DNA of 55,660 bases from a virus. The notes beneath the pieces were generated by a model. That model ran no database searches. It was not told the origin of the DNA and saw nothing but the letters and a program-made list of their open reading frames with translations. The DNA is taken from positions 1 through 55,660 of the IMG/VR virus record IMGVR_UViG_3300028794_000001. One strand, 5' to 3'. The translations under genes were made by a program, and so were the position numbers. Of the stretch, positions 30,416 to 40,098 are shown piece by piece; positions within the stretch are counted from its first letter, which is position 1; each line of letters begins with the position of its first letter.

Positions 30416-31387
30416 TCACTGAGCCCCGAAAAACTGGATCGAAAAGGTCACATCCGTAGACGTGGGGTCGATGGTCGCGTCAGCTCCCGCGCCCCCTTCG
30501 GAGCGAAGCTTGAACTCGAAGTAGTCGCACTTGCCGGTGCCGTCATCGTGCCAGGCCCAATTCGTCATCTCGACGCTGGTGTTCTTCGCCGTCTCGAGCA
30601 CGCCATTCAAGAACGGCGCGACCAACAAGTTCGCGAATTTTTGCGTGAAGGTGACCCGAATCACATCGCTTCCGGGGAGCGTCACAGATGCGATGTTGGC
30701 CCCTGCAAGTACGCTCGCCGTCGTGTCGACGGTGACCAGCGCCCATGCCTTTGTGCAGAGCATCGCATTGAGTTCGTTTTGTGCGCCGACCGTGCTCGCC
30801 GGATTCGCCCCTGTGAATTTCAAGGTCCCGTCGGTGTCCAGCCCGACGGTTCCGCTCGAGCTGCCCTTTAGGAAGCGCCCGCCGGGGCCTGTTGCGCTTT
30901 GTCCGCGCGTACCCGCGCCGGTACCTACACCCGTCCCCTCCACGCCGTTGCCATTGCCCGCAGTGGCAAACCCAGCGACGCCGGGGCCGAAGGAAGCGCC
31001 GCCGCGCCCGATGACTCCAGTCGCGGTCCCAGTCCCGCCGTTGCCCTCTACGCCGCTTCCGCCCGCGCCGCCAAAGCCCTCTGCGCCCGGACCGGCGCTG
31101 CCTCCCGTGCCCTTGACCCCCGCATTGCCAGTCCCTGCGCCGATCCCGTGAAGGCCTACGTTGGCTGCGCCCGTGGCGCGCAGACCGATTCCGCTCGGTC
31201 CGCCGCTAAAGTCGCTTGAGATTACATAGTCCCACAGGTCCGACATGACCTCCCAGAACCAATTGAACCATTCAGCCGGAGGCTTGTCGCCGGGCGCGAA
31301 TCCGGCCAGCTTGTCGGCTGCAAGGGGCTCGACGATGAGCGCAGGATCTGTAGGATGCCAGTCGGGCTGATCTGTGGGCTTCGCCAT
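30416..31387 (-). CDS. Tail fibre protein (Gly-rich shaft)
   Basis: N-terminus PPAEWFNWFWEVMSDLWDY is typical of fibre N-termini. Followed by GxG-rich repeats and a C-terminal beta-rich domain. Confidence 0.7.
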   Translation of the reverse strand: MAKPTDQPDWHPTDPALIVEPLAADKLAGFAPGDKPPAEWFNWFWEVMSDLWDYVISSDFSGGPSGIGLRATGAANVGLHGIGAGTGNAGVKGTGGSAGPGAEGFGGAGGSGVEGNGGTGTATGVIGRGGASFGPGVAGFATAGNGNGVEGTGVGTGAGTRGQSATGPGGRFLKGSSSGTVGLDTDGTLKFTGANPASTVGAQNELNAMLCTKAWALVTVDTTASVLAGANIASVTLPGSDVIRVTFTQKFANLLVAPFLNGVLETAKNTSVEMTNWAWHDDGTGKCDYFEFKLRSEGGAGADATIDPTSTDVTFSIQFFGAQ

Positions 31388-31432
31388 GGCGGGGAGCCTA
31401 GCACCGGCCTGCCGCGGCTTGCCAACTGGCTA

Positions 31433-32071
31433 CTAGGGCGAGATCCCGGAGAGCTTACCTCCGATGTCCGCGTCCAGCACGCTCCCGAAGCCGGCACCAT
31501 CCCCGCCGTCGAAGCAGAAGGTTTCAGCCTCCGTCGACGTGATCCAGTGCAGCCCGCCCCAGACCCCCGCCGCGCGGGCTGCGCGCAGGAACCCGAGCAA
31601 CAAGGCAATCCCCGCGGCGCTGAAGCCCGACACCCCCAGGCGCAACCGGAAGCCCGCCGGATAGCGGGGGATGAACTGCAAGGTCGTACCGGCGGGCGTC
31701 ACCAAGCGGAAGATCTCGAGCAGCTCGGGGACGGTTCCGCTCGAGCGATTGAGCTTGACCTTCGCCCGGATGTGCAGCCGGTACTCATCGTCGTCGAAGC
31801 CCTGGCGGGCTTGCCCGACGACGCGCCCGAGCACGTTCAGCTGCTCGCCCACCGCGGATTCTAGCGTGCGCTCGGTGAACAGCCGCCACATCTCGTCCTC
31901 GACGCGCTGGATCCGGTTCGCGTAGGTCCGGATCAGCGAGACGAAGTTCGGCTTGTCGCGGTACTGCTCGATCAACCGGGACACGGCCGCGTCGGCGTGG
32001 TCGGTGATCTTCGAGAGCTGCTCGACCAGCACCTCGCCGAAGACGATGGGGACGTCGTAGGGGAATGGCAT
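31433..32071 (-). CDS. Baseplate/fibre-associated protein (DUF2612-like)
   Basis: LIEQYRDKPNFVSLIRTYANRIQRVEDEMWRL...GEQLNVLGRVVGQAR pattern. Family recalled from memory. Confidence 0.6.
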   Translation of the reverse strand: MPFPYDVPIVFGEVLVEQLSKITDHADAAVSRLIEQYRDKPNFVSLIRTYANRIQRVEDEMWRLFTERTLESAVGEQLNVLGRVVGQARQGFDDDEYRLHIRAKVKLNRSSGTVPELLEIFRLVTPAGTTLQFIPRYPAGFRLRLGVSGFSAAGIALLLGFLRAARAAGVWGGLHWITSTEAETFCFDGGDGAGFGSVLDADIGGKLSGISP

Positions 32072-32073
32072 TT

Positions 32074-34047
32074 TTAGACCCCCAATCGCTTGTGAGCGAC
32101 GGTGAAGGTGATCGACCCCGCGTTGATAGAGGCGATTGTACCGCCTCCAACCGTCAGCTTCACGCGGAGTTCATTCAGGTGATCGGCTTTGCTGACGTAC
32201 CCGGCCTTGGCCTGCAGCTGCGCGCCAAGCTCCGCATCGAGCGCGCCGAACGACGCAATCGCGGACCCGTCGAATTCGTCCACCAGTCCATCGACGTCAA
32301 TGTCGCCGCCACCCGAGCCGAACTTCACGCCCAGGGCAACGAGCGGGGTGGTGATCGCACCTCCCGACAGGCCGACCGTCACCTTGGCCATCGCGTGCTC
32401 TAGCCTCGTTTCATAATTCAACCGACCGATGATGATGTCGTTGGCCCCGGCGGCCGCGAAGACCGAGAACGGGACGCGCACCACGTAGCGCCCCGCGACG
32501 TCAGAGACGACCACCACACCGGAGGTGTTGTTGTCCGTGAGAATCTGGTCGCGAACGTCATCGTAATGCCCTGAGATGGTATCCCGAAGCTTGTTATCCA
32601 GCACGCCGGACACGCCGCCGGTTCCGGAGCTGGCGTTGTTGCGGCACCACACTTTGTTGTTGGCGACCGAGAGTTTCGCGTAGTCGCCGTTCGTCAACAG
32701 GTTGTTGCTGCCGTCGTACACCGGAGCGGTGGCGAGAGAGTTTGCCGTTTGAGTGACGAAACCAACGCCTTCAATCTCGACACCGACCGGGTTCGCCTGG
32801 ATCTTGAACGACTCGGCGCCGACGCGGTAATTGGGGCCCAGTTTGGAGTTGCGCACCTTCAATTGCCCGGCCGCCTTGATGATGTAGTCGTCGGCTGGAG
32901 TGATCGCCGCAGCATAAGCCGCGTCAACCTCCATGAGGCTGTTCGCGTGCGTCGACTCGGCGAGGCGGCAAGAGAAGCCAACGTCGCCACTCTCGAGTCC
33001 GACGCCGGAGATCTTCACGACGTCGGCGCCGCTGACGATGAGCGCGCCCGTCGTGCCTCCCGAGTAGCCGATGTTCGTCCCGAGCACGCCCTGGACGACC
33101 AAGAAGCCTGCGCCCGTCTTGATGCCGCGCAGAAGCTCCAGAAAGTAGCAGCTCCAGACCTCGAAATTCTTACAGTTGCCGTCCTCAAGCGCGAGGATTC
33201 CGTAGCCGCCATTGGCTCCGCCTGAGCCGTGAATGACGCACTCGAAGAACCTGACCTCTGACGTCTGGAAGGTGTTGCCAGCAGTGGCCTGACCGAGCGC
33301 GACGCATGCGCTTGTCGGGTCGGTCGAGTCCGGCTTGTAGACGGTGCAGCGGCGGACGTTGATGTTCTGGCAGGCCGCCAGGAGCGTAACGTCGTTGTTA
33401 CGGTACTCGCGGATGCGCAGCGGGTACTTGGCGAGCTGGTTTCCGTGCAGGAAAAGGTCGCAGATTTCGGAGTTGTTGCACCCGCGCAGGTCCAGCATCG
33501 TCCCGCCGGCCGCGCCCACCCATTTGAACCCGCTGCCCTTGGAGGCGCCGCGCGCCGAACCAACCGCGCCCATGAGCGCCACCGAGTTGGAGGCGTTGCT
33601 GATGAGTTCGCACGTTTCCTCAATCTCAAGCAGCGTTGAGTGCGTCGGGACGAACATTTTTCCGGTTGCCGTTGCGAGGTCCGCGAGAATGTCCTGGACG
33701 GCTCCGGTAGCGTTCACGGTCGTGCCTAGCTCGTAGCTGGTGTTCTCCCCCTCCGAAAGGAACTCTCGGACGTCCCTTACGTCATCGCTGTCAAGCACCC
33801 GCCGCCATCGGGAACTCGAAGGTTCGTAGATCTCGAGTCGGGCACTTCGCGCGCGCTGGCGAATCGAAGCCGCAGCCGCGACCTCGGTATCGCGGTTGCG
33901 AAGTTCACCGTTCAAGTGTGCGTTGCGAAGCTCATCAACGGCACTCACTACACGGTTGAACTCGTCGGCGCTCACCTCTTGCGTAGGCGTGACGACGGGG
34001 CGCTTGTTGCGCTTCGTGCTCGGGAGGATGAAGTCCAAAAAGCCCAT
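32074..34047 (-). CDS. Tailspike, right-handed beta-helix (pectate-lyase-like), paralog 2
   Basis: The N-terminal TKRNKRPVVTPTQEVSADEFN is shared with 34058..35815. The body has beta-helix-like repeats rich in N/G/C. Confidence 0.72.
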   Translation of the reverse strand: MGFLDFILPSTKRNKRPVVTPTQEVSADEFNRVVSAVDELRNAHLNGELRNRDTEVAAAASIRQRARSARLEIYEPSSSRWRRVLDSDDVRDVREFLSEGENTSYELGTTVNATGAVQDILADLATATGKMFVPTHSTLLEIEETCELISNASNSVALMGAVGSARGASKGSGFKWVGAAGGTMLDLRGCNNSEICDLFLHGNQLAKYPLRIREYRNNDVTLLAACQNINVRRCTVYKPDSTDPTSACVALGQATAGNTFQTSEVRFFECVIHGSGGANGGYGILALEDGNCKNFEVWSCYFLELLRGIKTGAGFLVVQGVLGTNIGYSGGTTGALIVSGADVVKISGVGLESGDVGFSCRLAESTHANSLMEVDAAYAAAITPADDYIIKAAGQLKVRNSKLGPNYRVGAESFKIQANPVGVEIEGVGFVTQTANSLATAPVYDGSNNLLTNGDYAKLSVANNKVWCRNNASSGTGGVSGVLDNKLRDTISGHYDDVRDQILTDNNTSGVVVVSDVAGRYVVRVPFSVFAAAGANDIIIGRLNYETRLEHAMAKVTVGLSGGAITTPLVALGVKFGSGGGDIDVDGLVDEFDGSAIASFGALDAELGAQLQAKAGYVSKADHLNELRVKLTVGGGTIASINAGSITFTVAHKRLGV

Positions 34048-34057
34048 GGCCGTTCCT

Positions 34058-35815
34058 TTACGGGAGCTGCTCGGTGATGACCCAGACGCTCACGGTACCC
34101 GCCGAAAGTCCGGACAAATTCCCGCTACTAGACGTGAGCCGAATCCGCGGATTGTACGCTCCGGACGAAACGTAACCCCCCTGCGACGCATCGGTCGTAA
34201 GGGCCGACCCGAGCGACGCCGGCAACCGGCCGTAACGATCTACCGTTTGGGAAACCGCGTCGAGCGTGTCCAACAGGAATTCCTGACCGCCGACGGTGCT
34301 CCCGACCCTGAATTTCAAAGTCCCGGCCGTACCGGTGAACCCGGAGTAGCTGAGGTAAACAGCGCACACCCGTTCGCCATCTCGCGGTTGGCATAGCACG
34401 AAGTCTTTTGTGAGCGCCGCTACTTGAAAGTCGGAGAAAGTGTAGTTGTACCTGGAAGCAGAACGCGTTGGCCGCCCCGTGTAGACCGGCGCTTTGGCGT
34501 GCTGCCTCGACGACAGGATGTCCGTGTCGACGAAAGGACCCACGTTGCGCAGGCGGCCCAAAGCCCCAGCGACGCCCCCGTAATCGAAAAGGCTGTTGAC
34601 CTGGTGCTCGACCTGCGCCGAGAAATCCGACCCGAGCAACTTGTTACCGCTCTGGTCATAGAAAGGCGCGACGTCAGAAGCGAACTGGAAAAAATTCCCG
34701 ACCGAGTGGATGGACCCCGGCCCGGCCGTGCCCGGTGAGGCTTGTGCAGCGCAAGCGATCCTTGGTTCGGAGCTTCCAGTGCGGTCGTTCCTGAAGCTGT
34801 TCCCGGTCAACGACAGAGCACCACCGACCGAGATCACGACATCATCCACATCGGTCTGGACATTCACATCGCATGCGCTGATGTCGTAGGCCGCGCTGTT
34901 GGCTCCGGCGCTACCGGTCAAGAAGCGTCCGAAGGTCTCGACCTCGACGGCATGGATCGAGAAAAAGCCATTGGGCCCGGTCTTGATGGCGTTGTCGCTG
35001 GTGCCTCCGATGAAAATCCCGTGCAACATGTACGAGCCGGACGAAAGTGCGAAATTGAATCCGATCTCAGAATAGGCGCAGCTACCCCCCATGAAGCGGA
35101 AATTCTTGCAGTTGCCGTTGTTGCGCTGCAGCACCGATTGAGTCGAGACACCGAACGCGCCCAGGAAATGGCACGAGTAGAAATCCAGTTCGCTGACCTG
35201 GTACGCGATGCCAGGCTCCCCCAATCCGAGGGGCGCCTTGTCGGCTCCGGTCGGGGAATTGCCGAACATGCAGTTATAGAATCTGTTATAGAAGCAGCCG
35301 CCGCCGTTTACTTGGTCGCTTGCCAGCAGATGCCCGAACCCTGCCAGCTGGTTAGCGTCGAAATAGATGTTCGAGAAGACCGAATTCGTCAACCCGCGCG
35401 ACGTCCACAGAGCCTCGTTGGTGGGGTCTCCTACATACTTAATCCGAACGCCGGTGTGAAGCGCAGCGCTCAAGCCCAAAAAAGCGGCGCCCTTGGTGGG
35501 CGACCCGCGCGCCGTGAGCGGGGTCGTAACGAGAGACACCCCCGGTGGGATTCGAATCAGGTCGGTATCGCCTGCATACACAGCTTCCAGCGCGTCCGTC
35601 CATCCACGCGTGTCATCTGTAGTCCCGTCAAGTTTGATCCCGAAATACTTCGCGTGCTTGCCCTCCCCCAGCAGAATACTCTGACGCAGATCGCGCGAAG
35701 CCTGCATCGCGACGTTGAATTCCTCGGCTGACACCTCGTAAAGAGGAGTGACAACGGCGCGCTTGTTCCTCTTATTGCCCGGAAGATCGGTCTGGTCGAA
35801 TACAAAATGGCTCAT
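34058..35815 (-). CDS. Tailspike, pectate-lyase-3-like beta-helix, paralog 1
   Basis: NKRNKRAVVTPLYEVSAEEFN, then YFGIKLDGTTDDTRGWTDALEAV, as in the N-termini of pectate lyase superfamily proteins. Confidence 0.72.
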   Translation of the reverse strand: MSHFVFDQTDLPGNKRNKRAVVTPLYEVSAEEFNVAMQASRDLRQSILLGEGKHAKYFGIKLDGTTDDTRGWTDALEAVYAGDTDLIRIPPGVSLVTTPLTARGSPTKGAAFLGLSAALHTGVRIKYVGDPTNEALWTSRGLTNSVFSNIYFDANQLAGFGHLLASDQVNGGGCFYNRFYNCMFGNSPTGADKAPLGLGEPGIAYQVSELDFYSCHFLGAFGVSTQSVLQRNNGNCKNFRFMGGSCAYSEIGFNFALSSGSYMLHGIFIGGTSDNAIKTGPNGFFSIHAVEVETFGRFLTGSAGANSAAYDISACDVNVQTDVDDVVISVGGALSLTGNSFRNDRTGSSEPRIACAAQASPGTAGPGSIHSVGNFFQFASDVAPFYDQSGNKLLGSDFSAQVEHQVNSLFDYGGVAGALGRLRNVGPFVDTDILSSRQHAKAPVYTGRPTRSASRYNYTFSDFQVAALTKDFVLCQPRDGERVCAVYLSYSGFTGTAGTLKFRVGSTVGGQEFLLDTLDAVSQTVDRYGRLPASLGSALTTDASQGGYVSSGAYNPRIRLTSSSGNLSGLSAGTVSVWVITEQLP

Positions 35816-35818
35816 GGG

Positions 35819-37162
35819 TTAGGGCGTCCCGGGCGTAGCGTTGACGGTGATCCGCGAGGTGTCGAACACGGCAAGCTGACGCAGGCTGATCGCGATGGTC
35901 GTGCGAAGCGTAGGCGAGGCGGTGATCTTGATCAGGCACTCCGCTTCGAGCACGCCGGGCACCTCGAAGCACGCCGCTTCCAGCCGCGAGGCAACGACGT
36001 TCTTCCCGGTGCGCTGAGCGTCCCCATACGCCACGATTGCTTCCTCTACCTGGGTGTCCCCGTCCAGCGGGTACTCGTTGGCGTTGACGATCAAATTCGC
36101 GGTCACGTAGATCGTGATCTCGGTCGGTCGGGAGAACTGAATCACGTGCGACGTGCCCTCAGCGTCTTCCGCCGCACCTGTCTCGGTCCCGTAGCTGCGA
36201 ATCCCGCCCGCCACGGCCGCCAAGAGCGCGTCATAGATGTCCTGGTCATCCCCGCCCACCACGAGCGCCTCGACCGCGTGCGGAGGGATCCCGTCCCCGT
36301 CGGTCGTGTCGGTGACGTTCTCGAAGACCGTCACCTGGGTGACATCGTCGACCAGCAACACCTTCGCGCGGATGGCGTCCAGCGCGGCGTTCGCGGGCGC
36401 GCGCAGCTCGTCCTCGCGGCGCAGGCGCAGCGTCGCGTCGTTCTCTTCCGAGGCTCCGAGCGTCGCGTCAAGATTGTTGATTACGCCCGCCCACCCGCTG
36501 ATGGGGGTCTCGATCACGGTCAGCGTTCGCGACAGCGCGAGGATCGGGGCGCTTTCCTCTGAAGCCATCTCGACGTCTACCGCCGCGACGCCAGGCCCCA
36601 GGTACTTCCAAACGACGGTGTTGTCGGTGATCGCGTCCCCGGTAGTAGAGGGCCCGCCGCTTCCCGCTGAAGTCCCCGGGGTGACCACCTCGTATACGTT
36701 GCTGCTGTTCTTGTGCCGAGCCCCCGCGGTCGGGTACGAGGTCGCAGCTGTCCATGCTGTCACGGCAACGAGGGTAGCATCAGCCAGGGTCACGAAGCGC
36801 GCGCCGGTATCCACCACGCTGGCCGCGCTGTCCTCAGGGACGACGGTCGCAGCCGTCCCGGTCAACGTCCCTGTCACCTCGGAAGGCCCGCCGCCGTCGC
36901 GCCGAGTGCCCGTCAGCGCCCCGACGTTGTCGAGGCTAGCGCCGGTAGCTGCATCCGGATCGGTCGCGCGGTAGGTCGCCTGCAGCGCCTGCCAGAAAAG
37001 GAACTCGCGCTCAGCGCGGATCACCGCCTCTTGCCCGAACGGACTGGCCGCGGTGAGGTCTACGTTCTCGCCATACGCGGCGCGAAACTCGGCGTAATGC
37101 TCGTCGATCAATTCGTTCAGCGTCGGCATTACGAAGCCGTCGTCGGTCAGTCCGTAAGCCAT
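35819..37162 (-). CDS. Baseplate J-like protein
   Basis: MAYGLTDDGFVMPTLNELIDEHYAEFRAAYGENVDLTAASPFGQ... is typical of the Baseplate_J family. Position lies between wedge and fibre genes. Confidence 0.85.
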   Translation of the reverse strand: MAYGLTDDGFVMPTLNELIDEHYAEFRAAYGENVDLTAASPFGQEAVIRAEREFLFWQALQATYRATDPDAATGASLDNVGALTGTRRDGGGPSEVTGTLTGTAATVVPEDSAASVVDTGARFVTLADATLVAVTAWTAATSYPTAGARHKNSSNVYEVVTPGTSAGSGGPSTTGDAITDNTVVWKYLGPGVAAVDVEMASEESAPILALSRTLTVIETPISGWAGVINNLDATLGASEENDATLRLRREDELRAPANAALDAIRAKVLLVDDVTQVTVFENVTDTTDGDGIPPHAVEALVVGGDDQDIYDALLAAVAGGIRSYGTETGAAEDAEGTSHVIQFSRPTEITIYVTANLIVNANEYPLDGDTQVEEAIVAYGDAQRTGKNVVASRLEAACFEVPGVLEAECLIKITASPTLRTTIAISLRQLAVFDTSRITVNATPGTP

Positions 37163-37165
37163 GGC

Positions 37166-37531
37166 CTAGATCTCCACCGTTTCGCTGATCAGCTTGCCTG
37201 AATCGACCGTCGCTTTGTACGTAACCGAAAGCGCACGCCCGGCGTTGTCGTAGACGAATTGGATCTCGTCGATGGAGACGACGCCGCGTGTGCTCTCAAT
37301 CGCGTTCGTGAACTCAGCCTCGACCGCATTGCGACTGGTGCCCTTCACGTTTACAACGTCGAAGTAGTCGACGCCTTGGGAGACATCGAAAGGCCATTCG
37401 CCTTTAATCAAGCGCAGGTTGTAGCGGATCGATTGCGCGATTGCCTCAGCACCTTCGACGAGCTGAGGGCGACCGGCAACGAACACCAGGTCGCCCGTGT
37501 CCTCGTCGATCTTGTAGGCCCGGATGGTCAT
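37166..37531 (-). CDS. Baseplate wedge protein (gp25/XkdS-like)
   Basis: I moved the start to ATG 37531 (1-nt overlap with the upstream TGA). Product: MTIRAYKIDEDTGDLV...GAEAIAQSIRYNLRLIKGEWPFD. Confidence 0.68.
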   Translation of the reverse strand: MTIRAYKIDEDTGDLVFVAGRPQLVEGAEAIAQSIRYNLRLIKGEWPFDVSQGVDYFDVVNVKGTSRNAVEAEFTNAIESTRGVVSIDEIQFVYDNAGRALSVTYKATVDSGKLISETVEI

Positions 37532-38253
37532 CACTTCACCTTGACGGTCGTCGAGAGCGCGGAGGTGGCGCTGCTGTTGAAAACGCCCAGCGCCGTGGTG
37601 ATCGCGGTCGCGAACGCCGCTGCTTGCGTCCCCGTCACTGGCGTTGGCGTCCCCCCATTCGACATCGTGACCGCCGCCGCGGCGATGGAGGCGACCAGCG
37701 TGTTGAGCGCGGCGTTCAACGATTGGCCCTTGGCCACGCCCTCGGTCGCGGTCCCGTCGCCTAGCTTGATGTCGGTCGACCCGAAATGGATTTGCGGCCC
37801 GCCGTCCTTCCCCGCGGTCATCGCGCTGGTGCTGATCCCGGACCACGGCGCATTGAAGGGGAGCAGCCCGGAGATCGCCACGGCGTCGGACGGATTGAAC
37901 ATCCGGGTATCAGCGGGGTCAACCTCCCCCCCGTAGGACTTCCATTTGTCGAGCGAACGGCGCGCGAATACAAGCAGCACGGTGTCCCCGGCGGCTACCG
38001 GGTACGTGGTGCGGAAGCCCCCGCCGCCCGCCATCACGACAGGCACGCCAGGCACCACGGGGATGGAGACCAGCTGAACGGTCCCGTCTTCCTTGGTCCG
38101 GTAGTCTTTGATCAGCGGCTTCACGTCCGCGCTGCACTTCGAGGCGTCGAAGGATTCGACGCGCCCGGGCAGCGCCGTGAAGACGTTCTCCCGCATCCAC
38201 GCTTCGAGCGCGTCACTCAGCAGTCCAGCAAGGGGCAGTCCGGGTGCGCTCAT
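37531..38253 (-). CDS. Baseplate central spike (Gp138 N-terminal / gpV-like)
   Basis: LPGRVESFDASKCSADVKPLI...IPVVPGVPVVMAGGGGF...AAGDTVLLVFARRSLDKW pattern. Confidence 0.72.
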   Translation of the reverse strand: MSAPGLPLAGLLSDALEAWMRENVFTALPGRVESFDASKCSADVKPLIKDYRTKEDGTVQLVSIPVVPGVPVVMAGGGGFRTTYPVAAGDTVLLVFARRSLDKWKSYGGEVDPADTRMFNPSDAVAISGLLPFNAPWSGISTSAMTAGKDGGPQIHFGSTDIKLGDGTATEGVAKGQSLNAALNTLVASIAAAAVTMSNGGTPTPVTGTQAAAFATAITTALGVFNSSATSALSTTVKVK

Positions 38254-38311
38254 CTCGCTGGATCCTAGACCGAAACGGGCGGGGCGGCTACCTGCGCCCG
38301 CCCGCGCAAGC

Positions 38312-39133
38312 TCATGTGGTCACTGGCAAAGCGTCGACCGTCGTGTACCAATTGCCGCCCGCGGTGTCCCCCTCGTGCTCGACGGTCACAGCCCGGAACG
38401 TCCCCTTGACGGAGATCGAATCGAGCTTGATCTTCCCGCCGGGGCGTATTTGGGGTTGAAGCAGGGACTTGATCTTCAGATAGGAGGGCCCCCCTTTCTT
38501 GTCGGGGGTCCCGAATTCGGGGGAGCCGACCAGCCCGCTCTTCGCGGACAGCACCGTGATGGTGCTCGTGGTGGCGGTCTGTCCCAAGATCTGCAGGCGC
38601 CCGTCCTGCACGGACCACGCGAACCCGCGCCCCTTCAGCAGTCGTTCCAGCTCGGTAGCAGCGCGCCCGTGCGCGACGTACCCGTTCAGGAAGGACTCGC
38701 TGATCGTCACGTCGCGCGAGTTGCCGGGGTCGATTCCGAGCGCCGCGACGACGTCGTTCAGGACGGTACGAACGGGCGTATTTGCGCCGTAGCTCTTCGA
38801 GATCTGCCCGAACAGGTAGGCGCGTTCACCGTCGCCGCAGCGGAGGATGGTGCTCCAGTCGCCTTTGTCGTGCTCGTGAACGTGGGTGATAACCCGGGCG
38901 TCACCCGCGAAGATCTGCGAGACCGTCCCAACGTAGCCCGCCTGCAGCACGACGCGCGCGCCCTTCGCCTTCATCGCCGCTCGCGTCTGCTGGGACAGGT
39001 TGGTGATTGTGATCTCTGCGCTGTTCGGCTCCTTGCGCGAGGTCTTTTTCACCTTGTACTGGACGCGCAGATCCGTCACCAACAGGCCATCAACGGCGAC
39101 GGAAACCCGGCGATCTCGGAGTTGGTTAGCCAC
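38312..39133 (-). CDS. Baseplate hub protein (gpD/XkdQ-like)
   Basis: NSAEITITNLSQQTRAAMKAKGARVVLQAGYVG pattern and its position after the tape measure genes. Confidence 0.68.
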   Translation of the reverse strand: MANQLRDRRVSVAVDGLLVTDLRVQYKVKKTSRKEPNSAEITITNLSQQTRAAMKAKGARVVLQAGYVGTVSQIFAGDARVITHVHEHDKGDWSTILRCGDGERAYLFGQISKSYGANTPVRTVLNDVVAALGIDPGNSRDVTISESFLNGYVAHGRAATELERLLKGRGFAWSVQDGRLQILGQTATTSTITVLSAKSGLVGSPEFGTPDKKGGPSYLKIKSLLQPQIRPGGKIKLDSISVKGTFRAVTVEHEGDTAGGNWYTTVDALPVTT

Positions 39134-39136
39134 AGG

Positions 39137-39472
39137 TCACGACCCCGGGAACTCGGACGATTCGTAGTAGACGAGCTGGATGCGAACGCCGAGATCGTGC
39201 GCGCCGGGTTCCGCGCCGGTGTTGCTGGTGTCCACCGCGAACAGTTGCCCCGGCGGGCGTCGGGCGCTCGCGATGGAGAGGAACAACGGGAAGTCGAGCA
39301 CGAGCTTCACGCCCGCGCGCAGGGTCACACCCTCCCCGTCCAGCAGATCAAAATACCAACTACCCTCGCGGTCGTTCCACCGAAAGACGAAGCCGTAGCT
39401 GACGCCTTCGAGGTCTACCTGAAACCCGTAGTTCGGCAAGTCGGGGCGCATCGGGAGGGTCACGATTGCCAT
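39137..39472 (-). CDS. Tail/baseplate-associated small protein
   Basis: Conserved-looking YGFQVDLEGVSYGFVFRWNDREGSWYFDL. ATG overlaps the upstream stop. Confidence 0.55.
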   Translation of the reverse strand: MAIVTLPMRPDLPNYGFQVDLEGVSYGFVFRWNDREGSWYFDLLDGEGVTLRAGVKLVLDFPLFLSIASARRPPGQLFAVDTSNTGAEPGAHDLGVRIQLVYYESSEFPGS

Positions 39473-40098
39473 TACTTCAACCCCACTGCGTCGAAGAGTC
39501 GACCGCCAACTTGCTCGAGTTTGCCGAGTATGTTCTTCCCAATTTCGGAATCTGCGCCCTTCGCGAGCACCGACTTTTTCCGGGTCGCTTCGTCGGTCGG
39601 CTTGGTGGATTGCTTTCCGAGATCCTTCGTCCCGGGCTTGTAGCTGATGGTTGTGGGTTCCTCAATCGTGAGGTTTTCCACCACGGCCACAGCGCTGAAC
39701 GACGCGCTGAAGTTCAGCACATCCCCGGTGGTAGCATCCCGCGGCGCGGACAGCCGGCGCAGCGTCATATTGGAGTAGACGCGAAGCTCGGTCTCAATCG
39801 TCACCAGTCGACCGACGAGCTTCGCGAGAAAGTCGTAGGCCTCGCGCGGGCGGGCGGCCTGCTTCTCTTGCGTCTCGGCGCGCTGGGCTTCGTTGAGGGG
39901 CGTCGCGGATTGCACCCCCTCAATCGTCAACGTGACGGGCTTCTCGCGGATGTGGTCGGTCGGCGATGCCCCCTGTTCAACCGGGTGTTCGGTCGCGTCG
40001 ATCTCGATCACCGGCTCGTACGCGATCACGGCGTCAATCTCGAAGCCGTCGATCTTCACGCGCTTGGCGGGCGTTCCTCTGTGGATTGAGTCGCTCAT
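39472..40098 (-). CDS. Tail protein distal to the tape measure
   Basis: EHPVEQGASPTDHIREKPVTLTIEG pattern. Overlaps the tape measure stop by 4 nt. Confidence 0.55.
   Translation of the reverse strand: MSDSIHRGTPAKRVKIDGFEIDAVIAYEPVIEIDATEHPVEQGASPTDHIREKPVTLTIEGVQSATPLNEAQRAETQEKQAARPREAYDFLAKLVGRLVTIETELRVYSNMTLRRLSAPRDATTGDVLNFSASFSAVAVVENLTIEEPTTISYKPGTKDLGKQSTKPTDEATRKKSVLAKGADSEIGKNILGKLEQVGGRLFDAVGLK

Noticed and set aside
37166-37846. Long N-terminal extensions of track ORFs: 37166..37846, 4176..4964, 4676..5188, 46410..47594, 22315..23511, 19425..21740, 25509..26303, 24966..25295.
   Set aside because: The extensions are Arg/Gly/His-rich, overlap the upstream gene, and are replaced by internal starts that sit exactly on the upstream stop codon or behind a GGAG-type site.
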